A DNA stretch of 64,000 bases from Chrysemys picta bellii (lineage: Eukaryota): NCBI RefSeq assembly GCF_011386835.1, contig NC_088802.1:1736001-1800000 (forward strand), written 5' to 3'. Position numbers and translations under genes: made by a program. Shown here piece by piece: positions 10,101 to 34,952 of this stretch. How positions within the stretch are numbered: the stretch's first letter is position 1; each line of letters starts with the position of its first letter. The notes beneath the pieces are model-generated. The model was given only the letters and a program-made list of their open reading frames with translations, was not told the DNA's origin and ran no database searches.

Positions 10101-13100
10101 CCGCTGAACACCTCTATAGTCCCCTGTGCCTTCCCAGCCCCACTGAAATCCCAACCCCTCCACATCCCCCCCGAACTCCTTCACTCCAGGCAGCGCCTCA
10201 GCCCCCACAGTGCCCAACCCCCATCCTCTGAGTCCCCTCCCCCGTCTGCATCCCAGCCCCCCTCGACTCTCCCCTCCCCCCAGGGAACAAGGGAACACCA
10301 ACATGGGGGGCTCCCCGGTGCCGGTGGTGGGGCAGATCCGGGAGCTGCTGAGCATCGGCCGGGACGTCCGCAACCCCCGCGAGGATTACCTGGGTGAGGG
10401 GGGCCGGGGCCTGGGGAGTGGGGTAGATCGTGGGGGGCCATGGGGGAGGTGTGTGGGGGTTGGCCATGGAGTTGGCAGGGTGGTCCATGGGGGTCTCTGG
10501 GGTGGGGGGCCGTGGGATGGGCAGGGGGTCCATGGGGGTGTCTCTGTGGGTGGGGGAACCGTGGGGTTGGCGGGGAGTCTATGGGGGGCTGTGGGGGAGA
10601 GGGCCGTGGGGGTTGGGGCCATGGGGTCGGGGAGGTGTGTGGGGGTTGGCCGTGGAGTTGGCAGGGTGGTCCATGGGGGTCTCTGGGGTGGGGGGGCCGT
10701 GGGATGGGCAGGGGGTCCATGGGGGTGTCTCTGTGGGTGGGGGAACCGTGGGGTTGGCGGGGGGTCCATGGGGGGCTGTGGGGGAGAGGGTCGTGGGGGT
10801 TGGGGCCATGGGGTCGGGGAGGTGCGGGGGGGAGGGCCGTGGGGTTGGCAGGCGGCTGCACGGGGGGTCCCCCGGCCCGGCTCATGTCCCCCCCCCCCCC
10901 AGATATCTACGTGTTCGGGATCGGGGCCATGGTGAACTCGGAGAACATCGCGGAGCTCGCCTCCAAGAAGAGCGGCGAGAAACACGTTTTCCACATGCAG
11001 GACATCAAGGACCTGCAGAAGGCCTTCCACGAGATGATCGGTACCCCCGGGAACCCTGGCGTTCGGCTCCCCCTTCCCTGGGAATCCCGGCGTCCAGCTC
11101 CCTACCCCCACTGCCCCAGGAACCCTGGGGTCCGGCTCCCCGCCCCCCCACCTCTCTGGGAACCCCAGCGTCCGGCTCCCTACCCCCACTGCCCCAGGAA
11201 CCCCGGCGTCCGGCTCCCCACCCCCACCACCCCAGGAACCCCGGTGTCCAGCTCCCCGCCCCCCCTCCTGGGAACCTGGCGTCCAGCTCCCCACCCCCCA
11301 CCTCCCCAGGAACCACAGCATCTGGCTCCCCACCCCCACGGAAACCCCGGCACCCGGCTCCCCCCTCCCTGGGAACCCCGGCATCCGGCTCCCCAACCCC
11401 CACCTCCCCGGGAACCCCGGCTCCCCACCCCCACAGGAACCCTGGCGTCCGGCTCCCCACCCCCACTGCCCCAGGAACCCCGGCGTCCGGCTCCCCGCCC
11501 CCCACCACCCTGGGAACCCCGGCGTCCAGCTCCCCGCCCCCCCTCCTGGGAACTGGCGTCCAGCTCCCCACCCCCAAGGAACCACAGCATCTGGCTCCCC
11601 ACCCCCACGGGAACCCCGGCACTCGGCTCCCCCCTCCCTGGGAACCCCGGCATCCGGCTCCCCCCTCCCTGGGAACCATCCGGCTCCCCAACCCCCACAG
11701 GAACCCTGGTGTTGGGCTCTCTGCCCCCGCTGTAACCACCAGCCCCGACTCCCCTCCCCGAGCTGGGAGAGAACCCAGGCGTCCTGACCCCGTCTCCCCC
11801 CAGACGAGAGCGAGACGCTGAGCATGTGCGGCCTGGGCTGGGCACACGAGGAGGCCAACGACCACCAGAGAAACCCCTGGCACGTCAGCATCAAAATCAC
11901 TGTGAGTGGGGCTGGGGCACAGGGGGGCTGGGAGCAGAGGGGAGCACAGGGGGCTGGAGAGGGTGTGGGGCACAGGGGGAGCTGGGGGTGGGAGTGGGTA
12001 CAGAGCGCAGGGGGTGCAGGCTACAGGGGGCTGGGAGGGGGCTTGGGGTGTGGGGTGCAGGGGGCTGGCTGGGAGAGGGCGCAGGTGGGTGGGGACACAT
12101 GGGGGAGCTGGATGTGGGGCGCAGGAGAGCTGGGAGGGGAGGCGGGGCATGGGGGTGTGGGGAAGAAGGAGTTGGAGGCGACGGGGGTGGGCTGGGAGGG
12201 CACAGGGGAGGGAAGCTGGGGGTTTATGGGGGGCCGGGGGGAGCCCCCTCTCATGCCGGGGTCTCGGAGCCATGCAGCACCTGCTACATGTCTGCTGGAG
12301 ACAGGCGCTGGGTCCCCTCCCGCAGCGCCCCCCAAGCATGGGACCCCAGCCTCAGCCCTTCCTGCTCCGGGCCGGTCTCCCCACATGCCCCCCCAGCACC
12401 CCCCATGCACGGGACCCCAGCCTCGGCCCTTCCTGCTCTGGGCCGGTCTCCCTACACGCCCCCCCAGCACCCCCCATGCACAGGACCCCAGCCTCGGCCC
12501 TTCCTGCTCTGGGCCGGTCTCCCTACACGCCCCCCCCAGCGCCCCCCACGCACAGGACCCCGGCCTCAGCCCCTCCTGCCCCAGGCCGGTCTCCCCACAC
12601 ACACCCCCTCTCCGCAGCGCCACGGGAAAGGGCAGTCCTGCAAAGGGGCCCTGATCTCCGAGTACTTCGTGCTCACGGCTGCCCACTGCTTCGACATCAA
12701 CGACGAGGCCCAATGGATCACCGTGGACGTGGGTGAGCCGGACACCGGGGTTCTCTGCCTGGCCCGGGATGGGAGGGGAGCCCGGACTCCTGGGTTCTCT
12801 CCCCGGCTCTGGGAGGGGAGTGGGGGCTGGTGGGTTAGAGCGGGGGGGGGGCTGGGAGCCAGGACTCCTGGGTTCTCTCCCCGGCTCTGGGAGGGGAGTG
12901 GGGGCTGGTGGGTTAGAGCAGTGGGGACTGGGAGCCCGGACTCCTGGGTTCTCTCCCCGGCTCTGAGAGGGGAGTGGGGGCTGGTGGGTTAGAGCAGGGG
13001 GGGCTGGGAGCCAGGACTCCTGGGTTCTCTCGCGGCTCTGGGAGGGGAGGGTGGTGGTGCAAGCAGGGGCTGGAGCCGGATGCCTGGGTTCTCCCCAGGG

Positions 13101-16031
13101 ACGAACTCGGCGAGCGAGGTGGACAAACTCTGGAGTCACCCCCAGTACAACGTCGGGAAGCTTCGGGGCGCCGGGATCCCCGAGTTCTACGACTACGACG
13201 TGGCTCTGCTGAAACTCAAGAACAAGATCAAGTTCTCCTTCAATGCCCGGTGAGTGGGGGTCCCGGGGTCCCTCCCCCGCCGGCCCCCCAGCCCCCCACT
13301 GACCCTCTGCTGCCCCCCACAGGCCCATCTGCCTGCCCTGCACTGAGGGGACCACCCGCGCCCTGCGCAAGCCCCACCCGGAGACCACCTGCAACGACCA
13401 CAGTAAGAGCCCCTGCCCCCTACTCCCGACCCACAGCCCCCCCAGGTCCACTAGTGCCCCTCACTCCCGACCCGCAGCCCCCGCCAGCCCAGCCCTGCCC
13501 CCCCCCCCCGCAGCCCTGCCGGTGCCCCTCCCTCCTGACCCGCAGCCCCCACCAGCCCAGCCCTGCCCCCCCCCGCAGCCCTGCCGGTGCCCCTCACTCC
13601 CGACGTGCAGCCCCTGCCAGCCCAGCACTGCCCCCCCAGCTCTGCCGGTGCCCCTCACTCCCGACCCGCAGCCCCCTGCCCCCCCAGCTCCGCCGGTGCC
13701 TCCCGCTCCCGACCCGCAGCCCCCCCCAGCTCCACCGGTGCCTCCCACTCCCGACCCACAGCCCCCCTGCCAGTGCCCCCCACTCCCAACCCACAGCCCC
13801 CTGCCCCCCCAGCTGCGCCGGTGCCCCTCATTCCCGACCTGCAGCCCCCCTGCCAGTGCCCCCCACTCCCAACCCACGGCCCCCTGCCCCCCCAGCTCCG
13901 CCGGTGCCTCCCGCTCCCGACCCGCAGCCCCCCCCAGCTCCACTGGTGCCTCACTCCCGACCCGCAGCCCCCCTGCCCCACTGGTGCCTCCCACTCCTGA
14001 CCCACAGCCCCCCTGCCAGTGCCCCCCACTCCCAACCCACGGCCCCCTGCCCCCCCCAGCTCCGCCGGTGCCTCCCGCTCCTGACCCGCAGCCCCCCCCC
14101 AGCACCACCGGTGCCCCTCACTCCCGACCTGCAGCCCCCCTGCCTCGCCGGTGCCTCCCACTCCCGACCCACGGCCCCCTGCCCCCTAGCTCCGCCGGTA
14201 CACCCCACCCACAGCCCCCCTGCCCCCCAGCTCTGGCAGTGCCCCCCGCTCCCACCCCACGGCCCCCCTGCTCCCCCAGCTCCGCCTGACCCACAGCCCC
14301 CCTGCCCCCCAAGTGCCCCTCACTCCCTACCCGCAACCCCCTGCCCCCACCAGCTCCGCCGGTGCCCCTCACTCCCGCCCCACAGCCCTGAGTCTCTGGC
14401 TCCCCAGAGCGGCTGCTGCTGACGGTGGGCGAGGTCCCGGCCCTCTTCGTGCACGAGGAGAAGCAGAAGAAGCTGGAGCGGAAACACGTGAACATCAAGA
14501 ACGGGGTCAAGGTGAGGGACCCCGGCGTCCGGGGTGTGTGGGAGCCGGCGCCCCCTAGAGGGGACATTCCCTGCCCCCCTGAGCCAGGCAGGCGGGGGGA
14601 GCCGTGGGGCCGGCTCAGTGGGGTTCCCTGGGCTGGGCTGTGCCTGAGGGGGTGGTTCTGCCGGGGGCGACCCTGGGGGTGGTCTGGGGGCAGTGGGAGC
14701 CCCTGGGGGAGGTCAGGGGGGCCCTGGGGTGCTAAGCCTCCCTCTGCCCCCAGAAATCAGCCTGCGAAGCCGACGCGAAGAAGGCCCCGATTTACGTTAA
14801 CGTGACGGACGTGAAGCAGGTGGTGACACCCCGATTCCTCTGCACCGGGGGGATCGACCCCGTCGTGGACCCCAACACCTGCAAGGGTGAGTGCTGCCCC
14901 CCCAGGCCCCTGAATCTCCCCCAGCGCCCCCCGCCAGGATCCCCCTGGGGCCCCCAGATCCTCACCCCCCCCCCCCAGGTTCCCACAGCCCTTGGCCCCT
15001 GAATCTCCCCCAGCCGCCCCCCCGGATCCTCACAGCCCCCCAGGTTCCCACAGCCCTTGGCCCCTGAATCTCCCCCAGCCGCCCCCCGGATCCTCACAGT
15101 CCCCCGGGCAGGATCTGCCCAGGCTCAACTGTTACCCCCCAGCCAGTCCCCCACGACCTCCCTGCTCCCGCCAGCTCCCTCTAACCTTCTTCTTCCTCCC
15201 CCAGGCGACTCCGGGGGCCCCCTCATCATCCCCAAGGGCAAACGCTACATCCAGGTGAGTGCTGCCCACCCCCTACCTGCCCTGGGGCCGGAGGGGAGCC
15301 GGCGCCCCCTAGAGGGGACAGGCCCCCCCTTCTCCTTGCCTTCTGCCAGTGGGGGGAGCTGGCCCCTGCGTTCTGGCCGCCTGTCACGGAGTATTGGGGG
15401 ACTCAGGGCCCTGCACCCCCGGCTTCCTGCGATTCACCATGACTCTCAGCCAGCCAGTAAAGCAGAAGGTTTATTTGGATGACAGGAATACAGTCCAAGA
15501 CAGGTCTTGCAGGCGCAGACAACAGGACCCCCTCAATTAAGTCCAGCTTGGGGTCCCAGGGCATCCCAGCCCACCCCCCTTCGGGGGGGTCAGAGCCCCG
15601 TCTGCCTCCCAGCCATCTCTCCAGCTCGCTTCCAGCACTCTCCTTCAGCGACCCCTCCCACCGCCTTTGTTCAGTTTCCCGGGCCAAGGTGTCACCTGGC
15701 CTCCAACCCCTTCCTGGGTTCTCATGTTACACACTCAGGTATTCATTCGCCTTCGGGCAGACTCCCAAACCCATCCCCCAATGCAGACTATCCCAGCCAC
15801 ACTCCCCTGTCAGCATTCACAGACCCCAGCAAGAACAGACCCAGTTCATCACACCCCCCCTGACCCCCCTTTCTCCCCCAGGTGGGTGTGATCAGCTGGG
15901 GCGTGTTCGACGTCTGCAAGCCGCCCAAGGCCAAGGCCCCGGCCTACGCCCGCGACTTCCACCTCAACCTCTTCACCGTGCTGCCCTGGCTGCGGGAGAA
16001 GCTGGCAGAGGAGGAGCTGGGCTTCATCTGA
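1139..16031 (+). CDS. CFB: Complement factor B (signal peptide, 3 CCP, VWA, serine protease), 18 exons, ~759 aa if four single-base deletions are corrected
   Basis: Exons read by hand with GT-AG: 1139-1196, 2273-2488, 2823-3008, 3472-3645, 3775-3869, 4277-4413, 4897-5034, 5568-5718, 10292-10393, 10903-11040, 11804-11901, 12618-12732, 13099-13249, 13323-13402, 14408-14511, 14754-14886, 15205-15254, 15882-16031. Motifs: YDTPQEV linker, KR-RI factor D site, MIDAS DASDS/GTNT/MTDG, triad [27 protein letters not shown]-terminal [14 protein letters not shown]. These resemble CFB rather than C2 (recalled human sequences). Frame breaks near 3869, 4928, 5568 and 5597. Confidence 0.92.
1205..2050. repeat. 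C-rich degenerate repeat in CFB intron 1
   Basis: Recurrent CCCCACAGCCCC / CCCCCTAACCCAGCCCCC units; boundaries approximate. Confidence 0.75.
3020..3455. repeat. ~10-bp-period repeat (GGGCTGACAT / GCCCTGACAT) in CFB intron 3
   Basis: Visible decamer periodicity, cleanest at 3310-3405. Confidence 0.8.
5045..5500. repeat. G-rich minisatellite in CFB intron 7
   Basis: Units GGGGGCTGCAGGGGGCAGGCGATGTG and GGGGCTCTGGGG. Confidence 0.85.
5680..6631 (+). repeat. Exon-derived minisatellite: 3' end of CFB exon 8 plus its donor, left block (true exon end + 8 copies)
   Basis: Units AACTCCACCCGCCACGTG(C/G)TGGTCCTCATGAC(C/G/T)GACG|GTGAGACCCC followed by CTGTACCCC-rich spacers. Confidence 0.92.
6632..9577 (+). 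mobile_element. CR1 LINE, 5'-truncated near the ORF1/ORF2 boundary, near-complete ORF2 (APE endonuclease + RT) with a few stops and frameshifts
   Basis: [72 protein letters not shown]; 3' end GGTCCCTTCCAGTCCTAGAATCTATGAATCTAT octamer tail typical of CR1. Confidence 0.96.
9578..10070 (+). repeat. Exon-derived minisatellite, right block (6 copies of CFB exon 8 end + donor)
   Basis: Same unit resumes right after the CR1 tail; the first four copies share the variant GTCTTCATGACAGACG. Confidence 0.9.
11041..11760. repeat. Minisatellite in CFB intron 10 (GGAACCCCGGCGTCCGGCTCCCC core)
   Basis: Tandem ~35-40 bp units starting right at the exon 10 donor. Confidence 0.8.
13405..14390. repeat. Minisatellite in CFB intron 14
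   Basis: Units GGTGCCCCTCACTCCCGACCCGCAGCCCCC and variants. Confidence 0.85.
15382..15853 (-). mobile_element. Probable solo LTR (~470 bp) in CFB intron 17
   Basis: Bounded by TGTCAC...ATCACA (TG...CA), minus-strand AATAAA (TTTATT near 15470), flanks CCGCC/CCCCC as an imperfect TSD; composition differs from the flanking intron. Confidence 0.6.
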
Positions 16032-16088
16032 GGGGGACCGTGGGGACCCCAGGCCCCCCCGCACTGGAGTCCCCCCCACCGCCCTGTA

Positions 16089-16094
16089 AATAAA
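16089..16094 (+). terminator. CFB polyadenylation signal
   Basis: AATAAA 58 nt after the TGA. Confidence 0.85.
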
Positions 16095-16195
16095 GGTTCG
16101 CTTCACCGTCCTGCTGCATGGTGCGGCTGTGAGGCTCGTGAAAACAGAGAACTCGTCTCATGACTGGGAGGCAAGGCTGGGCTGGGCGGGGGGGG

Positions 16196-16790
16196 GCAGC
16201 AGGGGGCACCAGGGGGCTCTCCCCGGGCAGTCAGGGCTCCCCATGGCCCCAGGGCGGCGCTAGGGGCTGTGCTGCAGGGAGCGGGGTGGGGAGCAGGGGG
16301 CTCTCCCCGGGCAGTCAGGGCTCCCCATAGCCCCAGGGCGGCGCTAGGGGCTGTGCTGCAGAGGGCGGGGTGGGGGCAGCAGGGAACCAGGTGGGGAGAG
16401 CTAGGGGGCAGCACTAGGGGGCGGGTCAGGGGGCAGTAGGGGGCGACACTAGGGGGTGGGGTGGGGGGCTGCAGGGGGCCAGGCGGGGAGAGCTAGGGGT
16501 CAGCGCTGCGGGGCAGGGGGCAGTAGGGGGCAACACTAGGGGGCGAGGTGGGGGACAGCAGGGGGCGACACTAGAGGGCGGGGTGGGGGACAGCAAGGGG
16601 CGGGGCAGCACTAGGAGGCGGGGCAGGGGGCTGCGCTAAGGGGTGGGGTGGGGGGCTGCAGGGAGCCAGGCGGGGAACAGCAGGGGGCGGTGCGGGGGCG
16701 GGGCAGGGGACAGCAGGGGGCAGCGCTAAGGGGCGGGGTGGGAGGCTGCAGGGAGCCGGGGGGGGGCGCTAGGGGGCAGGACAGGGGGCA
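16196..16790 (+). repeat. Intergenic array of CTCF-like motifs between convergent CFB and NELFE
   Basis: About 14 same-strand cores such as GCACTAGGGGGCGG, ACAGCAGGGGGCGA and GCGCTAGGGGGCAG. Confidence 0.55.
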
Positions 16791-16832
16791 GCAGGGAGCC
16801 AGGCAGACTCAGGTGGGTGCAGTTTCAGTGGG

Positions 16833-16838
16833 TTTATT
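16833..16838 (-). terminator. NELFE polyadenylation signal
   Basis: TTTATT on + strand, 27 nt beyond the stop codon. Confidence 0.85.
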
Positions 16839-16865
16839 AAGGTGCTAATGAGCCCCCCGGCAGGC

Positions 16866-19800
16866 TCAGAACAGGTCCTCGTTGTAGACCACCTGCGAGC
16901 GCCTGTCTCGGTGGGAGCCCTTCGCGCTGTTCTTCACAGCTGGGGGAGGGATGGGGGGGATTAGTGTCGGCTGGGGAGACAGGCCCCCCCCTGCCCCTGC
17001 CGGGCTAGAACCCAGGCATCCTAGCTCCCCCCCACTAGCCCCAACAGCCCTCCCAGAGCCATGAGAGAACCCAGGAGTCCTGGTTCCCAGCCCCCCAGCT
17101 CTAACCCCCCAGACCCCCTCCCATCCAGAGCCGCGGAGAGAACCCAGGAGTCCTGGCTCCCAGCCCCCCCTGCTCTAACCCCCCAGCCCCCCTCCCCTTC
17201 CAGAGCCGCGGAGAGAACCCAGGAGTCCTGGCTCCCAGCCCCCCCCTGCTCTAACCCCCCAGCCCCCCTCCCCTTCCAGAGCCGCGGAGAGAACCCAGGA
17301 GTCCTGGCTCCCAGCCCCCCCTGCTCTAACCCACCAGCCCCCACTCCCCTCCCAGAGCTGGGAGAGAACCCAGGAGTCCTGGCTCCCAGCCCCCCGGCTC
17401 TAACCCACCAGCCCCCCTCCCCCACCCCGAGCAAGGAGAGAACCCAGGCTTCCGGGTGGCCTGCCCCTTACCCAGCGATCCCCAGACGGATTTCCCGGTG
17501 GCTGCGTCCAGCATGGGCTGTTTGCGGGCGATGCTGACTTTCAGCTGCACGTCCTCTACCACGGCCCCGTTGAGCTATGGGGGGAAGGGGACACAGCTCT
17601 GACCCCAGCCCCTCTGTGCTCCGGCCGAACCCACAGCACCGGGCAAGGGGTCCCCGGGTAACCAGCCCCCGCCCCACCCCAGAGCCAGCCCCATCCCACC
17701 GCCAGGCGAGGGGTCCCCAGGTAACCAGCCCCCCGCCCCACCCCAGAGCCAGCCGCACCCCAGCACCAGGTGAGGGGTCCCCGAGTAACCAGCCCCCCGC
17801 CCCACCCCAGAGCCAGCCGCACCCCAGCACCGGGCAAGGGGTCCCCGGGTAATCAGCCCCCGCCCCACTCCAGAGCCAGCCACATCCCACCGCCAGGCGA
17901 GGAGTCCCCAGGTAACCGCCCCGCCCCAGAGCCAGCCACATCCCACTGCCAGGCGAGGGGTCCCCGGGTAACCGCCCCCCGCCCCGTCCCAGAGCCAGCC
18001 ACGTTTCCAGGCCGGGCAAGGGGTCCCCGGGTAACCAGCCCCCCGCCCCGCCCCAGAGCCAGCCGCACCCCAGTGCTGGGCGAGGGGTCCCCGGGTAACC
18101 GCCCCCCGCCCCGCCCCAGAGCCAGCTGCATTTCCAGGCCGGGGGGCCGTACCTCAGCGATGGCCTGATCCGCTGACTCCATCTTCTCATATGTGACGAA
18201 GGCGCAGCTGGGGGGCAAGATGTGAAAGGGGAGTCACTGGCCCCACCCCCTTCCTCAGCCCCACCCCCTTTAACTCCTCCCCATTATTTCCAGCCCCACC
18301 CATTCCTCCTTTAGCCCCTCTGTGACTTAGCCATGTCCTAGCCCCTCCCCTAATTCCTCCAATCCCACCCACCTGACCTAGCCACGCCCACCTCCCAATA
18401 CAGGCCCCTCCCTTTGCCCCACCCCTCTGCTTTAGCCCTACCCCTGGTCCCGCCCTCACTTGCGGGGGTTGTCCATGGAGAGGTCGATGATGGTGCCGAA
18501 GGGGGAGAAGGCGCCGCGCAGCAGGCTCTGGGTCATGTCAGTGCCGTACACGTAAACTGTGTTCCCCTTGCGCGGGGCGCGCCGGTCCGGGAACGAGTCC
18601 GACCCTGCGGGAGACGGGGTCAGAGCCGCCGGGAGAACAGAACCCAGGAGTCCGGCCTCCCAGCCCCCCCTGCTCTAACCCACCAGCCCCCACTCCCCTC
18701 CCAGAGCCGGGGAGAGAACCCAGGAGTCCTGGCACCCAGTCCCCTGCTCTAACCATCAATCCCCACTCCCCTCCCAGAGCCGGGGAGAGAACCCAGGAGT
18801 CCCGGCTCCCAGCCCCCTGCTCTAACCCACCAGCCCCCACTCCCCTCCCAGAGCCGGGGAGAGAACCCAGGAGTCCTGGCTCCCAGTCCACCTGCTCTGA
18901 CCCACCAGCCCCCACTCCCCTCCCAGAGCTGGGGAGAGAACCCTGGTGTCCAGCCCCCGTGGTGGCGTACGGCGGAAGCTGCCGTCCCGTTCCCGGTCAC
19001 GGTCCCTCTCGCGGTCCCTCTCCCGGCTCCGCTCCCGGCTGCGCTCCCGGTCGTAGTCCCATTCGAAGGTGCGCAGCCCCTCGCCGCGCTCCGGCTCCTT
19101 TTCGGGGTCCCGCTCGTCCTCCGGCTCCTTCTCGGGGTCCCGCAGGCGCTCGCTGGAGCTCACGAAGCTGCGGCGGGGCGGGATCGCACGCTGGGGTTAC
19201 GGCAGAGTCGCTGGGGAGCTGCCCCGGCCAGGCCAATACGGCGGGGAGGCGCGCGGGGGCCCGGGGCAGTTACAAGGCAGCGCTCGGGACCCCGGAGCGG
19301 TTACATGAGGGGAGTTTGGGGCAGTTATGGGGGAGCGTGAGGGGGCCTGGGGCAGTTATGGGAGGAGCGCGCAGGGCAGTTATGTGAGGGGTGTTTAGGG
19401 CAGTTATGGGGGGGGCACTCGGGGCAGTTATGGGGCAGCACTCAGGACCCCGGGGCAGTTACGTGAGGGGTGTTTGGGGCACTGCTCGGGACCCCAGGGC
19501 AGTTACGGAGGGGCGGTTACGGGAGGGGTGTTTGGGGCAGTTAAGGGGTGGGGGGGAGGACGCTCGGGGCAGTGCTCGGGACCCCGGGGCAGTTACAGAG
19601 GGGTGCGAGGGGGCCGGGGAGATTACGGGAGGAGTGCACAGGGCAGTTACGGGGGGGGGGCCCACTCGGGGCAGTTATGGGGCAGCGCTCAGGACCCCAG
19701 GGCAGTTACGGGAGGGGTGTTTGGGGCAGTTACGGGGGGAGGACGCTCGGGGCAGTGCTCGGGACCCCGGGGCAGTTACGGAGGGGTGTGAGGGGCGGTT

Positions 19801-20472
19801 ACGGGAGGGTCTCATGTTCACTCACCTCTCATAGAGGGATTTCCGCTGGGGGCGCCGGGACTGGAGAAAACAGAAGAGAACATCATCCCCTCTGAGTGCA
19901 GCCCACCCCACGGGCTGGGAACCCCGGCATCCGGGCCGCAGCTCAGCATGCCAAATCCTTCCCTTCACCCCCTGCCCCAACTGTTCACAACACCCCTCCC
20001 AGAGCCGGGGAGAGAACCCAGGAGTCCCGACTCCCAGCCCCCCCTGCTCTAACCCACCACACCCCACTCCTCTCCCAGAGCCAGGGAGAGAACCCAGGAA
20101 TCCTGGCTCCCAGCACTCCCTGCTCTAACCACTAGCCCCCACTCCCCTCCCAGAGAACCCAGGCGTCCGGGTACCTCCTGGCACTCATCGTCGGCTGACA
20201 GGCTGCGCTGGAAGGGCTGGAAGGTGGGGGCTGGTCCCTTCTCAGGGTCCTAGGGGGAGACACAGAGTTAAGAGGGGTCCGAGGAGGGGGTCTCGGCCCC
20301 ACGGCGCCTCCCACCCCTCCCCCGCTCACCTTCAGCTTCCCCTCCAGCGTCCGCGAGCGCTTGAACCCGCAGTTCTTGTTCTCCGCCTTGATGGCACTGA
20401 TGGCTCCCGTCTTCACCAGCATCTTGGCCTGCTCCGTGGCCGTGGCCGTGTCCACTACGGGCTGGTCCGAGA
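16866..20472 (-). CDS. NELFE: Negative elongation factor E (RD repeat + RRM), 5'-incomplete
   Basis: Exons: 20330-20472 (runs into gap; DTATATEQAKMLVKTGAISAIK...GFKRSRTLEGKLK), 20175-20249, 19826-19860 (SRRPQRKSLYE), 18971-19167 (RD tract), 18460-18604 (RRM KGNTVYVYG), 18153-18207 (CAFVTYEKMESADQA), 17472-17574, 16866-16939 (HRDRRSQVVYNEDLF*). Phases are compatible. Confidence 0.95.
17000..17450. repeat. Tandem block of a dispersed ~75 bp repeat (GAGAGAACCCAGGAGTCCTGGCTCCCAGCCCCCCTGCTCTAACCCACCAGCCCCCACTCCCCTCCCAGAGCC)
   Basis: Same unit recurs at ~12740-13095, 18620-18950, 19990-20165, 22630-22885, 49220-49480, 55500-55700, 58465-58565, 60960-61070 and 61660-62400. Confidence 0.9.
17600..18140. 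repeat. Minisatellite in a NELFE intron (GGGTCCCCGGGTAACCAGCCCCCCGCCCCACCCCAGAGCCAGCC)
   Basis: About 8 tandem ~60 bp units. Confidence 0.85.
19270..19810. repeat. GGGGCAGTTAC-based minisatellite in a NELFE intron
   Basis: Recurrent GGGGCAGTTA(C/T) core. Confidence 0.8.
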
Positions 20473-20972
20473 NNNNNNNNNNNNNNNNNNNNNNNNNNNN
20501 NNNNNNNNNNNNNNNNNNNNNNNNNNNNNNNNNNNNNNNNNNNNNNNNNNNNNNNNNNNNNNNNNNNNNNNNNNNNNNNNNNNNNNNNNNNNNNNNNNNN
20601 NNNNNNNNNNNNNNNNNNNNNNNNNNNNNNNNNNNNNNNNNNNNNNNNNNNNNNNNNNNNNNNNNNNNNNNNNNNNNNNNNNNNNNNNNNNNNNNNNNNN
20701 NNNNNNNNNNNNNNNNNNNNNNNNNNNNNNNNNNNNNNNNNNNNNNNNNNNNNNNNNNNNNNNNNNNNNNNNNNNNNNNNNNNNNNNNNNNNNNNNNNNN
20801 NNNNNNNNNNNNNNNNNNNNNNNNNNNNNNNNNNNNNNNNNNNNNNNNNNNNNNNNNNNNNNNNNNNNNNNNNNNNNNNNNNNNNNNNNNNNNNNNNNNN
20901 NNNNNNNNNNNNNNNNNNNNNNNNNNNNNNNNNNNNNNNNNNNNNNNNNNNNNNNNNNNNNNNNNNNNNNNN
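20473..20972. other. Assembly gap (exactly 500 N)
   Basis: Run of N; a fixed 500-N length is typical of scaffolding joins. Confidence 0.99.
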
Positions 20973-21285
20973 TGGGGGGGGGGGAAGGGGGACACGTAGC
21001 GCAGCGCCCGCAGCACCTGGGGGGGGGGAAGGGGGACACGTAGCGCAGCGCCCGCAGCACCTGGGGGGGGGGAAATGGGACACGTAGCGCAGCGCCCGCA
21101 GCACCTGGGGGGGGGGAAAGGGGACACGTAGCGCAGCGCCCGCAGCACCTGGGGGGGGGAAATGGGACACGTAGCGCAGCGCCCGCAGCACCTGGGGGGG
21201 GGGAAATGGGACACGTAGCGCAGCGCCCGCAGCACCTGGGGGGGGGACGGGACACGTAGCGCAGCGCCCGCAGCACCTGGGGAGG
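20973..21285 (-). repeat. Decoy-acceptor minisatellite of SKIV2L exon 27, inverted copy (7 units visible, cut by gap)
   Basis: Reverse complement of CCCCCAG|GTGCTGCGGGCGCTGCGCTACGTGTCCC. Confidence 0.9.
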
Positions 21286-21572
21286 CCATGGGGCAGGGCT
21301 CACCTCCACCCGCTGCTGGTACTCTGGGGCCTGTGGGGCGGGGGCTGTGGGGCAGGGGCCATGGCTGTGGGGCAGGGCCGGGGGGCAGGGCCGGACTCAC
21401 CTCCGCGCATTGCTGGTACTCTGGGGGCTCTGGGGCAGCGCTGTGGGGCAGGGCCGGACTCACCTCCACGCGTTGCTGGTACTCTGGGGGCTCTGGGGCA
21501 GCGCTGTGGGGCAGGGGCCATGGTTGTGGGGCAGCGCCAGGGGGCAGGGCCAGGGGGCAGGGCCGGACTCAC

Positions 21573-34952
<13,380 letters not shown>

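Noticed and set aside
1139-16031. Calling the complement gene C2
   Set aside because: Linker [21 protein letters not shown] and the C-terminus match recalled CFB features, not C2.
16866-20472. Intronic miRNA in NELFE (human MIR1236) or snoRNAs in the introns
   Set aside because: No convincing hairpin or C/D or H/ACA box arrangement seen by eye; not testable without Infernal.
20132-21469. ORFs bridging NELFE and SKIV2L (and 35723-37401) as fusion genes
   Set aside because: They read through N gaps and are artefacts of the ORF caller.
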